Below, piece after piece: positions 50,343 to 62,520 of a stretch of 64,000 bases of DNA. The stretch lies in assembly GCA_047967505.1 (NCBI GenBank), contig CM106538.1; one strand, given 5' to 3'. Made by a program: the position numbers and the translations under genes. The stretch is from Dipteris shenzhenensis (taxonomy: Eukaryota). The notes beneath the pieces are model-generated. The model made no database searches. It saw only the letters and a program-made list of their open reading frames with translations, and was not told the origin of the DNA. How positions within the stretch are numbered: position 1 is the first letter of the stretch; the number at the start of each line of letters is the position of its first letter.

Positions 50343-53300
50343 TCAGGCTTATTCCCAGGATTGGATTTTGGATCCTGGTGCTTCATTCCATGTTTTTGTG
50401 AAGATAGTGGGAGAGAGGGAAGGAGTCTCACTTGCGACTTTCTCACATACCCAATGGGGGAATACACACAAAGGTGGAGGCTGAAAATAGTTTTCCTCTT
50501 CTTAGTTGTGAAAGCCAAAAGAACTCTAGTACAAAGAAATAGGACAACCCTATACATGGGTCTCAAACCAAACTCAGCTAACTAAGGTGGCATACTAACT
50601 GAGCCACGAACTAGAGTACATAAGGATAACTATCATCCAGCTATTATTCATGGGTGGTGTACCAACTGCATCTGCAGCTAACAAGTCGGTGACATAAATG
50701 CACAACGGTCACCCTGGCATATCACGAGTGGAGCTCGATATCTCAACACTCCCCCTCGAGCTCAATCCCAATTCTTGCACACCAAGCAGGTCTCTGAACT
50801 TGCGTAGCTTCTCTACACCCAATGCCTTCGTGAATATATCAGCTACTTGATCCTCTGTACTGACATAAACTAGATCAATAAGACCTAGTAAAACCTTCTC
50901 CTACACATAGTGATAATGCACCTCAATGTGCTTTGTTCTAGCATGATAGACTGGGTTATTTGCCAAGTGTATACTGCTCATGTTGTCACAATAAATGACA
51001 ACTGGCCCATCTATAAACTGATGCATATCATAAAGTAGCTTATGCAACCAAGCTACCTCACATGCAGCCATCACTACACCCTTGTACTCAGCCTCTGTGC
51101 TCGACAAGGAGCCTGTAGGTTGTTTCTTACTGCTCCAAGTGAATGCAACACTCCCAAAAGAGAACACATATCTAGTGGTGGATCGTCTATCAGAAATACT
51201 ACCAGCCCAATCAGCATCAGTGTATCCATGAAACTGTATCTGAACCCGAACCTCATAAAATAGTCCATACTGCAATGTGGACTTCACATACTTGAGTATG
51301 TGTCTAGCTGCATTCAAATGCGATTTCCTTGGAGCCTACATAAACTGACTTACCAATCCAACAACATAGCTCAAATCTGGTGTGGTAATAGTCAATGTAT
51401 AAATCAAACTTCCTACTATGCGTCTGTACATAGTAGGGTCTTCCAGAAGCTCACCTGCATCTGTGCTTAGCTTCAGATTCTGCTCCAAAGGAACCGAAAT
51501 AGGCTTACAGCTTGTCATCCCATATTTGGATAGCATGTCCAATCCATACTACCTCTGCAAGAGCCATATCTCACTTGGTGATCTAATCACCTCAATGCCC
51601 AAGAAATAACGCAGCTCTTCCAAATCCTTCATCTGAAACTTCTACTTCAATAGCATTTTTACATGAAGGATATCTTCATCACTATCACCTGTGATGATCA
51701 AATCATCAACATAAATGACAAGCAGCATAATATATTACCTTTCTCTATTTTTCTCACATAAAGTGAGAAATCTGCCTTGGAAATCTGAAAGCCAATAGTG
51801 ACAAGATACTGTCCGATCTTGTCAGACCATGCTCTAGGTGCTTGCTTCAAGCCATACAAGGCTTTTTTCAAACTACAAACAAACTTAGGATGAACAGCAT
51901 GAACATAACCTAGTGGCTGCTCCATAAAGACCTCTTCTTGCAAATCACCATGCAAGAAGGCATTCTTTACATCCATCTGATGTAAAGACCATCCCTTTGA
52001 TGCAGCCATAGCAATGACTGCTCTTATGGTTGCCATCCTTGCAACCCGATTGAATGTTTCTTCATAATCAATGCCATATGTCTGTGCATACCCTTTGACA
52101 ACTAATCTTGCCTTGTATTTGTTCACAGAACCATCTGCATTGTGCTTCACCTTATAAACCCACTTACAGCCAATTGCATTCTTGTCTTTAGGCAAAGGCA
52201 CCAATTCCCATGTAGCATTTGCTTCCAAGGCATCCGTTTCTTCATCCATGGCTTTCTCCCATTTTTCTTTTCCCATGGCTTACTCAAAAGAAGTGGGCTC
52301 TAGTTCTTGTATTACTTTGACCATATAGGCATAGTGAATGGCTGTAAATCCATCATATTTTAGTCTATCCATAGGATACCTAGCTCTGGTAGATCTGCAC
52401 AAAATAGGCTCACTTCTAGGTGCTCTCAAAACATCCCTGGTCTTCCTTACTCTAGGTGTAACAACAAAAGGAATACTCAACTCATCATCAATGCTCTGTT
52501 CTGAGCCACTGGATTCACCATCCACATAAGAGTGACCTACATTCACATCAAACATGGGTTGATCTACCTTCTCTTTTCCTTTTTGTGATACCTGCATACC
52601 ACTATCTGCATTACTTTGAGGAGATTCTCCTGATCTCAGTCTGCCTGTCCATGAAGTATGTGAACCACTGCTAGAGGACACTCCAGGTCCACTAATATTT
52701 TTTTATTGCTGTTGTGAATTCTATGCAGCATTACCATTTTGTGCATACATCAGTCATCACATTTACTGATTTATACCAGCTGCTCATCTCATCAGAAACA
52801 ACATCTCTACTCACTGTAAACTTACGAGTAGAAGGGTTATAGCATCTATACCCTTTCTGCTGTAGAGAATAACCAATAAAGATGCACTTCTCAACTTTTG
52901 GATCCAACTTGGACCTCAACTCATCTGGCACATGAACATAGGCAATGCAACCAAAAATTTTGAAATGAGAAATATCTGGTTTCCTACCAGTATACATCTC
53001 CTCTAGCGTCATGCCATGTATTGTTGCAGCGGGAGTCCTGTTCATTATGTAAACTTCTGTTCAACCCAATAATAATCTGGTAGGTCTTTTTCATTTAGCA
53101 TGGCCAGAGATACCTCTCCAATATGCCTGTTTTTCCTTTCTGCAATTGCATTTGCTGTGGGGTATGACTGCATGAATATTGCTGCTTTATGCCATGCTCT
53201 TGCAGGAACCTTGCAAACTCATTTGAGAGGTACTCTCCCCCTCCATCTGACCTTAGGCATTTTGTTTGCAGGCCTGTTTCTTTTTCAACCATAGCTTTAA

Positions 53301-56124
53301 AAGCTTTGAAGTGCCCAAACACTTCACTTTTCTTTTTCATAAAATACACCCAAACTTTTCTGCTATAGTCATTAATAAAAGTGACAAAATAATGACAGCC
53401 TCCAATAGATGCAACTTTAGTAGTCCACATGTCAGAGTGGATTAATTCTAATGGCTTCTTACTCTCTTGAACATGCCTAGGAAATGGTTTCCTTGCCTGT
53501 TTTCCAAATTAACAGGCTTCACATAACTTATGCATTTTTGCAACCTTAAATTTAGGCAATCCTGCAACAATATTTTGAGCCTGCATTGATTTAAGTCACT
53601 GTACATTAACATGACCAATGCGTTTATGCCAGATATCAATATCTGCAACTACACCGGTCCCATGTGCAAACATTGTCACACTCAATTCAAGCATGTCTGC
53701 ATCCAATGTAAACATCTTGCCCTTCTTCTTTCCTTTTGCTATCAAGCGACCATTATTTTTCATATCCTCAACAAAGCATCCATGAGGATTAAATCTGACC
53801 TGCAAGCCCTGCTCAACCATTTGAGCAACAAAAACCAGGTTCTTGGTGATATTCGGGACATGAAATACATCAGACAGTATTTCTTTTTCCCATCTTGCAT
53901 AGACAAAGGAATTTTACCAATCCGCACAATAGGATGTGCAGTATCATCACCAGTCTCCACAAATCCTGGTCTTTCCATTTTCCTTGCATCTTGCATCCAT
54001 TCTGCATGACTTGTCATGTGGTTTGATGCACTTGAGTCAACATACCACACATCATTGCTTTCTTTTGCACTTGTCATAGAATTGGTCATGTGCTGCACCA
54101 TAAACAAATGCTCATTTCTGTCATCACCCTGTCTACTAGAGGATGCATAATTGCCTTGCTACAATTTTCCATTCATAGTGTCATTCTGCTTTTTGTAGCA
54201 CTGTTTAGCCATATGACCCATTTTACCACAATAGTAGCATTCAACATTGTTGTTTGCATTTTGACCTCTCTGCCATCCACCATGACCTCTTTAGCTCCCC
54301 TTGCCTCTAGAGTTACCACGTCCTCCTCCAAAGGACTGGTTTTCTTGAATTTCCTGCATATTTTGATTTCTACCACGGCCTCCAGATCATCCTCCTCTAC
54401 CTCTACCTCTACCTCTTCCAAAAGACAGTTTCTTTTGAAGTTCCTCCTGAAGAAGATGCACCACCATTTCTCTACTCCTCAGAAATTAGAAGAGCAAACA
54501 ACTCCTCAAAATCTAGAAATTTTTCATGGACAGCAATGGATGTCCGGAACTGTGCATAATCCTTTCCTAGACCATTCAAGGTCACAGAAACTAGATCATC
54601 ATCTTCCACTGTCAACCTAATGGAAGCAAGTGCATCTGCAATTTTCTTCACCTTCATGTGGTAGTCATTGATGCTCATATTTTCTCTCCGCACATTGTGC
54701 AACTCCTGCTTGAGCTGCATTTTCCTGGCTTGCATATTTGTGTTGTACATTTTTGCCAAAGTATCCCATGCCTCCTTTGGCGTACTTGCATTTTGAATAT
54801 GCACAATCGTAGAATCCGAAATACTGATAGACAGCCAGTATATAACTTTTCTGGCTCTCTCATGCCATCCTTTAAATGCCTACATTTCCTATTGATTGGC
54901 AACATTAGGAAGAATTAGTTCTTCTTCATTTCCTATAATGAACTCCCAATAGCCTTTTCCCATAAGGAAATTCGTCATTCTAAACTTCCATGCCTGGAAG
55001 TTGTTTTTGTCAAGCTTTTCATTGACAATCTATGAAAGAGAATTAGATGCCATTACAGAACACTGCAAAAAACACAGCTTCTGGCTCACACGAGCAAATC
55101 TGCAAAACTGACGAAAGTGGTATTTGACCACACAGTCACTTCCTAGTGACGATTTTGTATCAACAGGAAATAAGGATGATCTTGTAACTCCTAGTATCTC
55201 TGCGCACAGGCATACGATGCAATTTTTGTGGCAACTTTTCACCGAATTACAGAGCAGTGTTCGCACAACAAAAACAGGGCCTTTTTCTAAGTGCCTGCGA
55301 AGAACTTCCACCTTCAAAGCGGGCCCTGAAATGGCCTCGAATAAAAAAAATAAAGTCACCGAGGCTTCATCTATTCCCGTAGCATATACTGCCCTCTTGC
55401 CACACTGCGAAGGGCGTCTCAATCTGAGACAGTGCACTCTTGCACTTCCGGCGATGCTACCTGCAGAGATTTGCTCCCAAACTCAAAAAAGGAAAGCAAC
55501 ACTGGTCCTCTTACTAGGACACTGTGAACTTGGTTTGCTTTCTTGAGCTCCTTACACTGAACCAGGCTCTAATACCATGTGAAGATAGTGGGAGAGAGGG
55601 AAGGAGTCTCACTTGTAGCTTTCTCACATACAAAATGGGGGAATACACACAAAGGTGGAGGCTGAAAATAGTTTTCATCTTCTTAGTTGTGAAAGCCAAA
55701 AGAACTCTAGTACAAAGAAATAGGAGAACCTGTAAGTGGGTCTCAAACCAAACTCAGCTAACTAAGGTGGCATATTAACTGAGCCACGAACTAGAGTACA
55801 TAAGGATAGCTGTCATCCAGCTATTATTCATGGGCGGTGTACCAACTGCATCTGCAGCTAACAAGTCAGTGACTTATTTATGGACAACGGTCACCCTGGA
55901 ATATCATGAGTGGAGCTAGATATCTCAACACTTACTCCTCATAGGGAATGGTTCTCCACTTATGACAGTGGAAAGACAGGTTGTGTGCATCTTGGAAATG
56001 ACTATGCATGTGACATAGTGGGAGCAGGTGACAAAGTTTTCTTTTGCAAATGGGTCTGCATTTGTTTTGAAACATGTGAAACATGTGCCTAAGTTGACCA
56101 AGAGTTTTATTTTAGTGGGTTTTG
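50343..56124 (+). mobile_element. Copia D protease region (50343-50396 and 55931-56124), split by Copia F
   Basis: DWILDPGASFHV (left) continues as TPHREWFSTYDSGKTGCVHLGNDYACDIVGAGD...KHVPKLTKSFILVG (right). Confidence 0.85.
50397..55930 (-). mobile_element. Full-length but decayed Ty1/Copia element F with two ~352-bp LTRs
   Basis: LTRs 50397-50748 and 55578-55930 (TG..CA; roughly 93% identical by eye). PBS TGGTATTAGAGCCTGGT (55577-55561). PPT GAGGGGGAG at 50757-50749. gag-PR-INT-RT-RH ORF fragments. Confidence 0.95.
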
Positions 56125-57324
56125 TGCTAGCTCTCACATCTCAAAATTATCACTTAAAATTTCTTTCTTTGAATTGAAGATGGTTAGTGGCACTCCTTTG
56201 GCTGCCCATGTCAATTACATGCAGAGTCTTATGACTCAACTTGCTTCTATCAACTCTCCTATCACTACAGATGATGCTATGGCAGTGTTGCTTAAGAGTA
56301 TGCCTGAAGATTATGATCATATTGTTACCACTTTGAAAAATCTTCCTAATCCTAATCTTGAAGGTATTATCTCTGCTCTCCAAGAAGAAGAAAGGCACAT
56401 GGAGCTCAAGAAAGGCAATGACATAGCTTATGCCATAAAAATCCAGAAGGGCAAGTTTTCACCTTGCAATCATTGTGGGAAGACTAATCACCTCTCAAAA
56501 GACTGCTTCAAAATCAATCCATGCAAACACTGTGGCAAAAACAATCATCATGAGAAGTTTTGCAAAGCCAAAAAGGAAGCAACTTCAAAGACAGAAAATG
56601 CCAATCTACTTTTAGTTGATGTGCCTCCACAAGATGAGGCATCCTTTGAAGATTATGCTTTTTAAATCATCTCTATATATGCTCTAGATCTCTCTTTTTA
56701 TGTTGAGTCAAGGTACTCAGCCTAGATAGTCCTTCGAAATGAATGAAATAAATTATTGTGTTTTGTAAACACCTCTAGTCACCTTATGATATAGGCCATG
56801 TGTATGTGTTTTGCTCCATGGTACTTGCTGCAGACATTGTGCGCATGTACATGCAGGGGAGATAACCATTGGAAGGTCTTTTTGTATCCCTGTTGTTTAC
56901 CTTACACCCATGGGAACCCTTGCCAGCTTGAGATCCTAGCCATTGATAGATCCATGACCACCATGAGATGACATGAGACACCTTGTGCTAGCTGTATCCT
57001 TGACATAGCCTGAGGCATTCCCTTGAGAGGGGGTTTGTTGGGATATCTCAAGGTGTATGACTCAGGCACACCTTGGTTTCTATGTGTGAGTGCTAGAGGC
57101 ACAGTTAGGTGCCCATAAGCACAGTTAGGTGTTGGTAGAAGCCACATAGGATGATTGAGAGAATCTAGGAGCAGATTGAGGAGATGATTGTGGAGCTCTG
57201 AAGTCATCAGTGATGTCAGTGAGCATGTAAGAGGTGCCTACATAAGGACCTCACTCTTCTTCATTCTATATGCAAGTATTCTGAGTTTGTGTTCACTATA
57301 TTCTTTCCTTTCAGTTTACCATCA
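56125..57324 (+). mobile_element. Copia-like element E, 3' half: gag C-terminal half, PPT and 289-bp 3' LTR (57036-57324); no pol
   Basis: ORF 56174-56665 (LLKSMPEDYDHIVTTL; two CCHC knuckles CNHCGKTNHLSKDC and CKHCGKNNHHEKFC) ends at a stop. About 360 bp of non-coding sequence follows, then PPT GAGAGGGGG and the LTR. Confidence 0.88.
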
Positions 57325-58500
57325 AACATTTCTTGTGCATATCACGTATAGTCATTTGCTTGATTCTTCCATGCCTGACGCCAATCTGCTTGATGACTCA
57401 TAGGAGTCTAGGTCAGTGCAACGCACTTACCATTTCTACATTTTAGATGATAGGAAACATGACACCCTATTTGTGCAGCATGCTTTTCTATTGCATTGGG
57501 AATGGCTGAAAAAGAAAAATCCCCATGTAGAAAATATAAAACAACATTGGGTGTGGTCAAATGGTGCTGCCTCTCAATTTAAATCAGCACTTCTACTTCA
57601 TCTCAAGGTTCAAATCCCTGACCGATCTAGACATGATGTGGAATTTCTTTGGGTCTAGCCATGGCAAGGGTGAACATGATGGATGCAGTGCTGTTATTAA
57701 GCAAGCTCTATTTAAACACCAATTAGCATGCCTTTAAAAAAAACTCAATGATGCCCATGATGCTGTAACATGGCTTACAACCAACCTCTCCACAGGAGCA
57801 CATTCAACATACACTAAACAAAGTGAAAGTGGATGAAGTGCAAAGGATAATCCGGCACGATTGCGAGAAAATTAAAGGAGTTCATGGTATGCACATCATA
57901 TGGGGCTTTTCAAACAACCAACTGATTAAAATGAGAAAAATTTCTTGTTTCTACAGTGCGTGCATCATAGGGGATCATGACGATTGTGAGAACATTGCAA
58001 CTACGAAGACATGAGATTGAGTTCAAGCTTTTCCTCTACGTTCAAATGGAATCACAAATAATGGAGAGACAAATGAATCGCCACAGTTTGGGGAGAGTTT
58101 TGATGACCTCATTGACTATCTGGAAGAGGGGGATAACTTTGCAATCGTTGGAGATTTTGGGGAGAACGAGGAAGATGACCCATACTTTCTGTTGTAGTGC
58201 ACAAAACCTAAGTACAAGGTTGAGGAAACATTTAAGGATAATTGGGGAACACCCTATGAGAAGTGGGATGTAGTAGTCAGAGCTTTTTGGTATAAAAAAA
58301 CATCCAAGAGAGGCCGCAATTACGAACTACTACATAAGAGTCCACAAACATGTGCGTACTCTCATCTAGTAAGAGCTATTAAGTTCCAGATACAACCTGT
58401 GCCACAATGAAAGAAGGGCAAGAGTGTCTTGAAATTGGATTTAGACTCACATGAACACACATCTTGGGGTGTCTTGGTGTGGTGGACGAGGACGACTGAG
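57325..58500 (+). pseudogene. Sola2-like DDD transposase, C-terminal fragment
   Basis: LVHITY...HFYILDDRKHDTLFVQH...HWVWSNGAASQFKS...WNFFGSSHGKGEHDG..AVIK...RKISCFYSACIIGDHDDCEN; frameshifted. Confidence 0.7.
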
Positions 58501-59084
58501 ATAGTACTAAGAAAATTTATGTAGTCTCATTGCAGGGAAACAATATTTCCACTTGTCCTATAAAATGGAATTTGTATTGAGACTGCTTCTTATATCCCAA
58601 ACAACCACCGTGCTGGTTTTATTAAATTGTTTTTGTAAATCCCAAACAGTAAAACCCATGCTTGTTTTTAGTATATCCCAACAACCACCATGCTAGTTTC
58701 CCATAACGAATCCACACATCCTACAAATCCATTTATCTTGTAATAATAGAAGCAAACCACCGCGCTGGTGTCTGTTCATATCCAAGTGCAAACCAACCAC
58801 CGTGCTAGCGATAACTTATCCTGCACTACTACCGTGCTATCCCTACACTACTACCATGCTATCCTAAAATTTGTTGCATAGTGCTATACTAAAATAGTGC
58901 CCTTTAGACTATTTATCGTTTCGTCAATCATCAGATTTCATCCCATTGTTGCTTTTAGTATATCCCAACAAACACCGCTCATTGGTTTCCCATAACAAAT
59001 TCATTCATCTTGTAATAATAGAAGCAAACCACTGCCTTGGTTTACTTTCTATATTCTAAACTCTTAACCTTAGATACAAATCTA

Positions 59085-59126
59085 TAAACCCTAAACCCTA
59101 CAACCTACATCCTAAACCCTAGAACC
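59085..59126 (+). repeat. Short degenerate telomere-like (CCCTAAA) tract
   Basis: TAAACCCTAAACCCTACAACCTACATCCTAAACCCTAGAACC. Confidence 0.6.
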
Positions 59127-60199
59127 TATATCTTAGTACTAGTTTGGTAGCATAACAGGACATAAAAGTGTCCTTTTGAGGTTTTGGCAAAAAAATCACA
59201 ACTTTTTGTAGACGTGTTTTTTGGCGATTTTCTCTTTTAAGCTTAAGGTGGAGTCATAGGAATATTTTCTAAAAATTTAAGGAGCATAAAAATATATTAC
59301 ATGTGATTACAAATGCTCACAAATGTATGGTAAGTTCACACTCTTTCACCCAAATAGTACTCAGATTTGAAACTTTATCTAGCATGCACCTAAAAATAAA
59401 ATTGATTTCAAGAGTTAGCATTTTTTACAAAGTCTTTATAAGTATATCAAACACCTAAGAGTGATAAAAATTTGTCTAAAAATCATTTTGGCTAGATTAA
59501 TTTATCAATTAACAAGAGGGGCTAGCTTAGCAAGTTGTTTAATAAGTCACATTTCATAAATAAACATCTTTATATACTACACATAATAGCCACAAAGCGT
59601 CATCTCTTAACTATAACAATATTATATCATACGGAAAAGCCACCACATCACAATAAAGCATAAAACTAAAAGAGATCAAGTGCTCTAATATCAACTACCA
59701 AAACAAGTCTCACATTAAATCTCACTTTTATAGTTTTGAATTATCACATATCTAAGTGTTCATATGACATTTTTTAATTGGTATCACTCATTCATGATTA
59801 GACACTCTATAAGTATAATTTAAAAATATGAAGGGTCTTATGATATCCTTTAACCCTTGTATTTGAATTTAGCATGAATAACAACACAAGGAACAATCAA
59901 TATACGATTTGAATTTTGGGTATTCTATGTGACATTACTTTCCCTAAAACCTCACGTTACTCCATAATCTAAAGTATGGTTGATTTTGAAACTTGTTGGA
60001 TAGGTCAATGAATTTGTAAAAGATCAAATTTTGCCTCACCATCAGCATTCACTAAAATTACATTTAAGGCCATAGATCATAATGAATATGATTATCTAGC
60101 TCCAAGGAAATATAAACATATGTGAAATATAAACACATTGGGGTTGCACCCACAAACTTGTTGCACACACAACAGGTTCGAGGTACATTGATGATTTTG

Positions 60200-60247
60200 G
60201 GTTTGGAGTTTAGGTTTAGGGTTTAGAATTTAGTGTTTAGTTTGGGG
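60200..60247 (-). repeat. Short degenerate telomere-like (TTTAGGG) tract
   Basis: GGGTTTGGAGTTTAGGTTTAGGGTTTAGAATTTAG...TTTAGTTTGGGG. Confidence 0.55.
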
Positions 60248-60339
60248 TGCACATCAATATATTTTGTTTTTAATTTCATGTGTGAGATTTGTTGGGCTTT
60301 TTTACAATTGCTAATTCTTTTTTTATTATTATTACAGGT

Positions 60340-62520
60340 ATTTACCCTAATAGAGAGTTTAGAGGTGGTGTTATATGAGAAGAATAAAGTCATAGGCTTT
60401 GGAAAAATACATAGTCTTCATCCTATGAATGTGTGTCATTTTCATTGTTGTGGTGAGAGAAGATGTGTAGTGATAATCACCAACATGCTAAGTCCCACAG
60501 TGCATTTAAAATATCCACATGAAGACTTTGAAACATTGGGTGAGATATTACAATGTGACATTTTTTATATGCAAGCACATAGAACTCTTTGGGACCGAGA
60601 TGAAATCCTTCCAAAGATATAATTTCAAGATATCAAGAGAACTTTTACTGAAAGGGAAAATTTTGAGATATTGTCTTACTCAGGAGAAGTGTTAGCACTT
60701 GGCATATTTAAGGGCTATGCTCAGAATCTCCTTTATATGGTGAAGGTAATAATTTGACTAGTGAAGGGGTCATTTAAAATGCAATGGATAATATGTCACA
60801 TCTAGAGGTCCTTAATTTTACATCTCATCTTTAGGCTCATAACATTGTAGCTTTCTTGAAATCAAATTTACCTATTAAGAAAGTTTCCTTCAATGTGGTG
60901 GAAGATATAGGAAAGTATTATGAGAAGAAAAGAACTTCACAAACGGGTTCAAAATTAAGAAATCATGGAAGCTCTAAAGACTACCATAATGGCATGATTT
61001 CAAGTATTGAGGACATTAAAATAAGTGATGTTGATGCAAGAGAAGTTGCAAGTGACTCAAATATGCCCACTGGTATAGAGCATATGTCTTGTGTTGCAAG
61101 TGACTTGAACATGCTCACTAGTATAGAAGACTTATCTTGTGTTGTAAGTGACTCGACAAACATGCTCATTGGTATAGAAGACTTATCTGGTGTTGCAAGT
61201 GATCCAAAAATGCTTACTAGTATAGAAGACTTGTCTTGTATTGCAAGTGACTCAAACATGCTCACTGATATAGAAGACTTGTCTTGTATTGCAAGAAACT
61301 CAAACATGATCACTAGAATTAGCATGGATCATATGGATGGAAGAACATCTAACTGTGAAGGAGAGATAGTTCAACCACAAAATTCAAGAGGCATTGGTAG
61401 TAGGTTGACTTTAATGAACAAGTTGTCTACTAGATTGCCAATTCCAAGATATCATAAAGTGACATCAAATAATTCCCAAGGCCACTCTGCATTTGATTTT
61501 AGAGATGAAAATTCAAGAGAAATAGATTTAATGCTAGATAATGGACCCACAACTCAAAAACACAAGATACTATTCACAAAAAGAAAGTATGTGAGTGTCA
61601 AGAGGCAACAAATCATGGCACCAATTCTAAAACCCAAGAGACATGCAATGTTATCTGAGAATAATATAGAAAGGAATTTTATGCGCATTTGTTGCAGGAA
61701 AATTTGCATACCAAAAGTTTCAAAAGATGATTATGAAGCCATGCGCATCAGCATTTGGAGTAAGACAGGGACTCATAGACATAACTATCTTCTTCAAGGG
61801 TTTTCTTGTTTTCTTCATCAAGGTGATAAGGACTTGAGGACAAGACACTATGAACCCAAATTGAAACCTATGGTTAATGGGGCATCCCTATGTAATTGAG
61901 GATATTGATGGTTAACTAGACTATTACATGGTACATATTGGAGTATGTGGGTAGAGGTAAAAGAGTGGTTCATAAAATTCATGGAAATTCCTACAAGCTT
62001 AAAGGAAAAAGAAGAACTAGAAATGCAACTACAACATTAAAGAAAATCCTTGATGATCATGTATTACCACATCCTCATCTTCCCCAAACAATGTCCGATG
62101 GAAGTGTGGAATGCCAACATCATCTTTTTTTCGGAATGACAAAGAAGGTTGTGTTATAAACAATCAATAAAACTTTGCAAGATAGAGAAGAAAGCATGAT
62201 TTCAAGGGAAACCTTCTATAAAATTTGGCATGGATAGTTTTAAGACACCATCAAAGAAAAGGATGTCAAAATGTAAGACATGTGATGAATTGAAAAATGC
62301 CATTGAGCATAATAAATGTAAGCACAAGTGAGGAAAAGATACAAGATGGCGAACAATCCATTTAAGTCATGTGCAAGATGCTAGATTGTTGTATGCCTCT
62401 TAGAGAAAGGAAACTATTGTGCATGTCAAAAAGTCCATGTGCATTACCATTTATGGCATGGATTAGAATATAACATCATTACCAAGGTATAGACGTACCC
62501 CACAACCATTGGAGGGTCTC
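60340..62520 (+). pseudogene. Decayed spliced gene, probably a second Sola-like DDD transposase (N-terminal half), with a 16-aa repeat
   Basis: ORF 60856-61899 contains CCRKICI and VNGASLC. Downstream frames give HGN, ISRETFYKIW, SKCKTCDEL, HLSHV..AR..Y and CITIYGMD*N.TSLP, reminiscent of 'I.DGMDQ..T.LP' transposases. Truncated by repeat R. Confidence 0.5.
61045..61320 (+). repeat. 48-bp (16-aa) coding tandem repeat, ~5.7 copies
   Basis: VASDSNMPTGIEHMSC-like units; one 51-bp unit keeps the frame. Confidence 0.9.

Noticed and set aside
33326-55930. Large inverted segmental duplication (33.3-37.7 kb versus 51.2-55.6 kb)
   Set aside because: Homology is confined to the Copia B/F family sequence; these are independent insertions, and F's orientation may result from the inversion.
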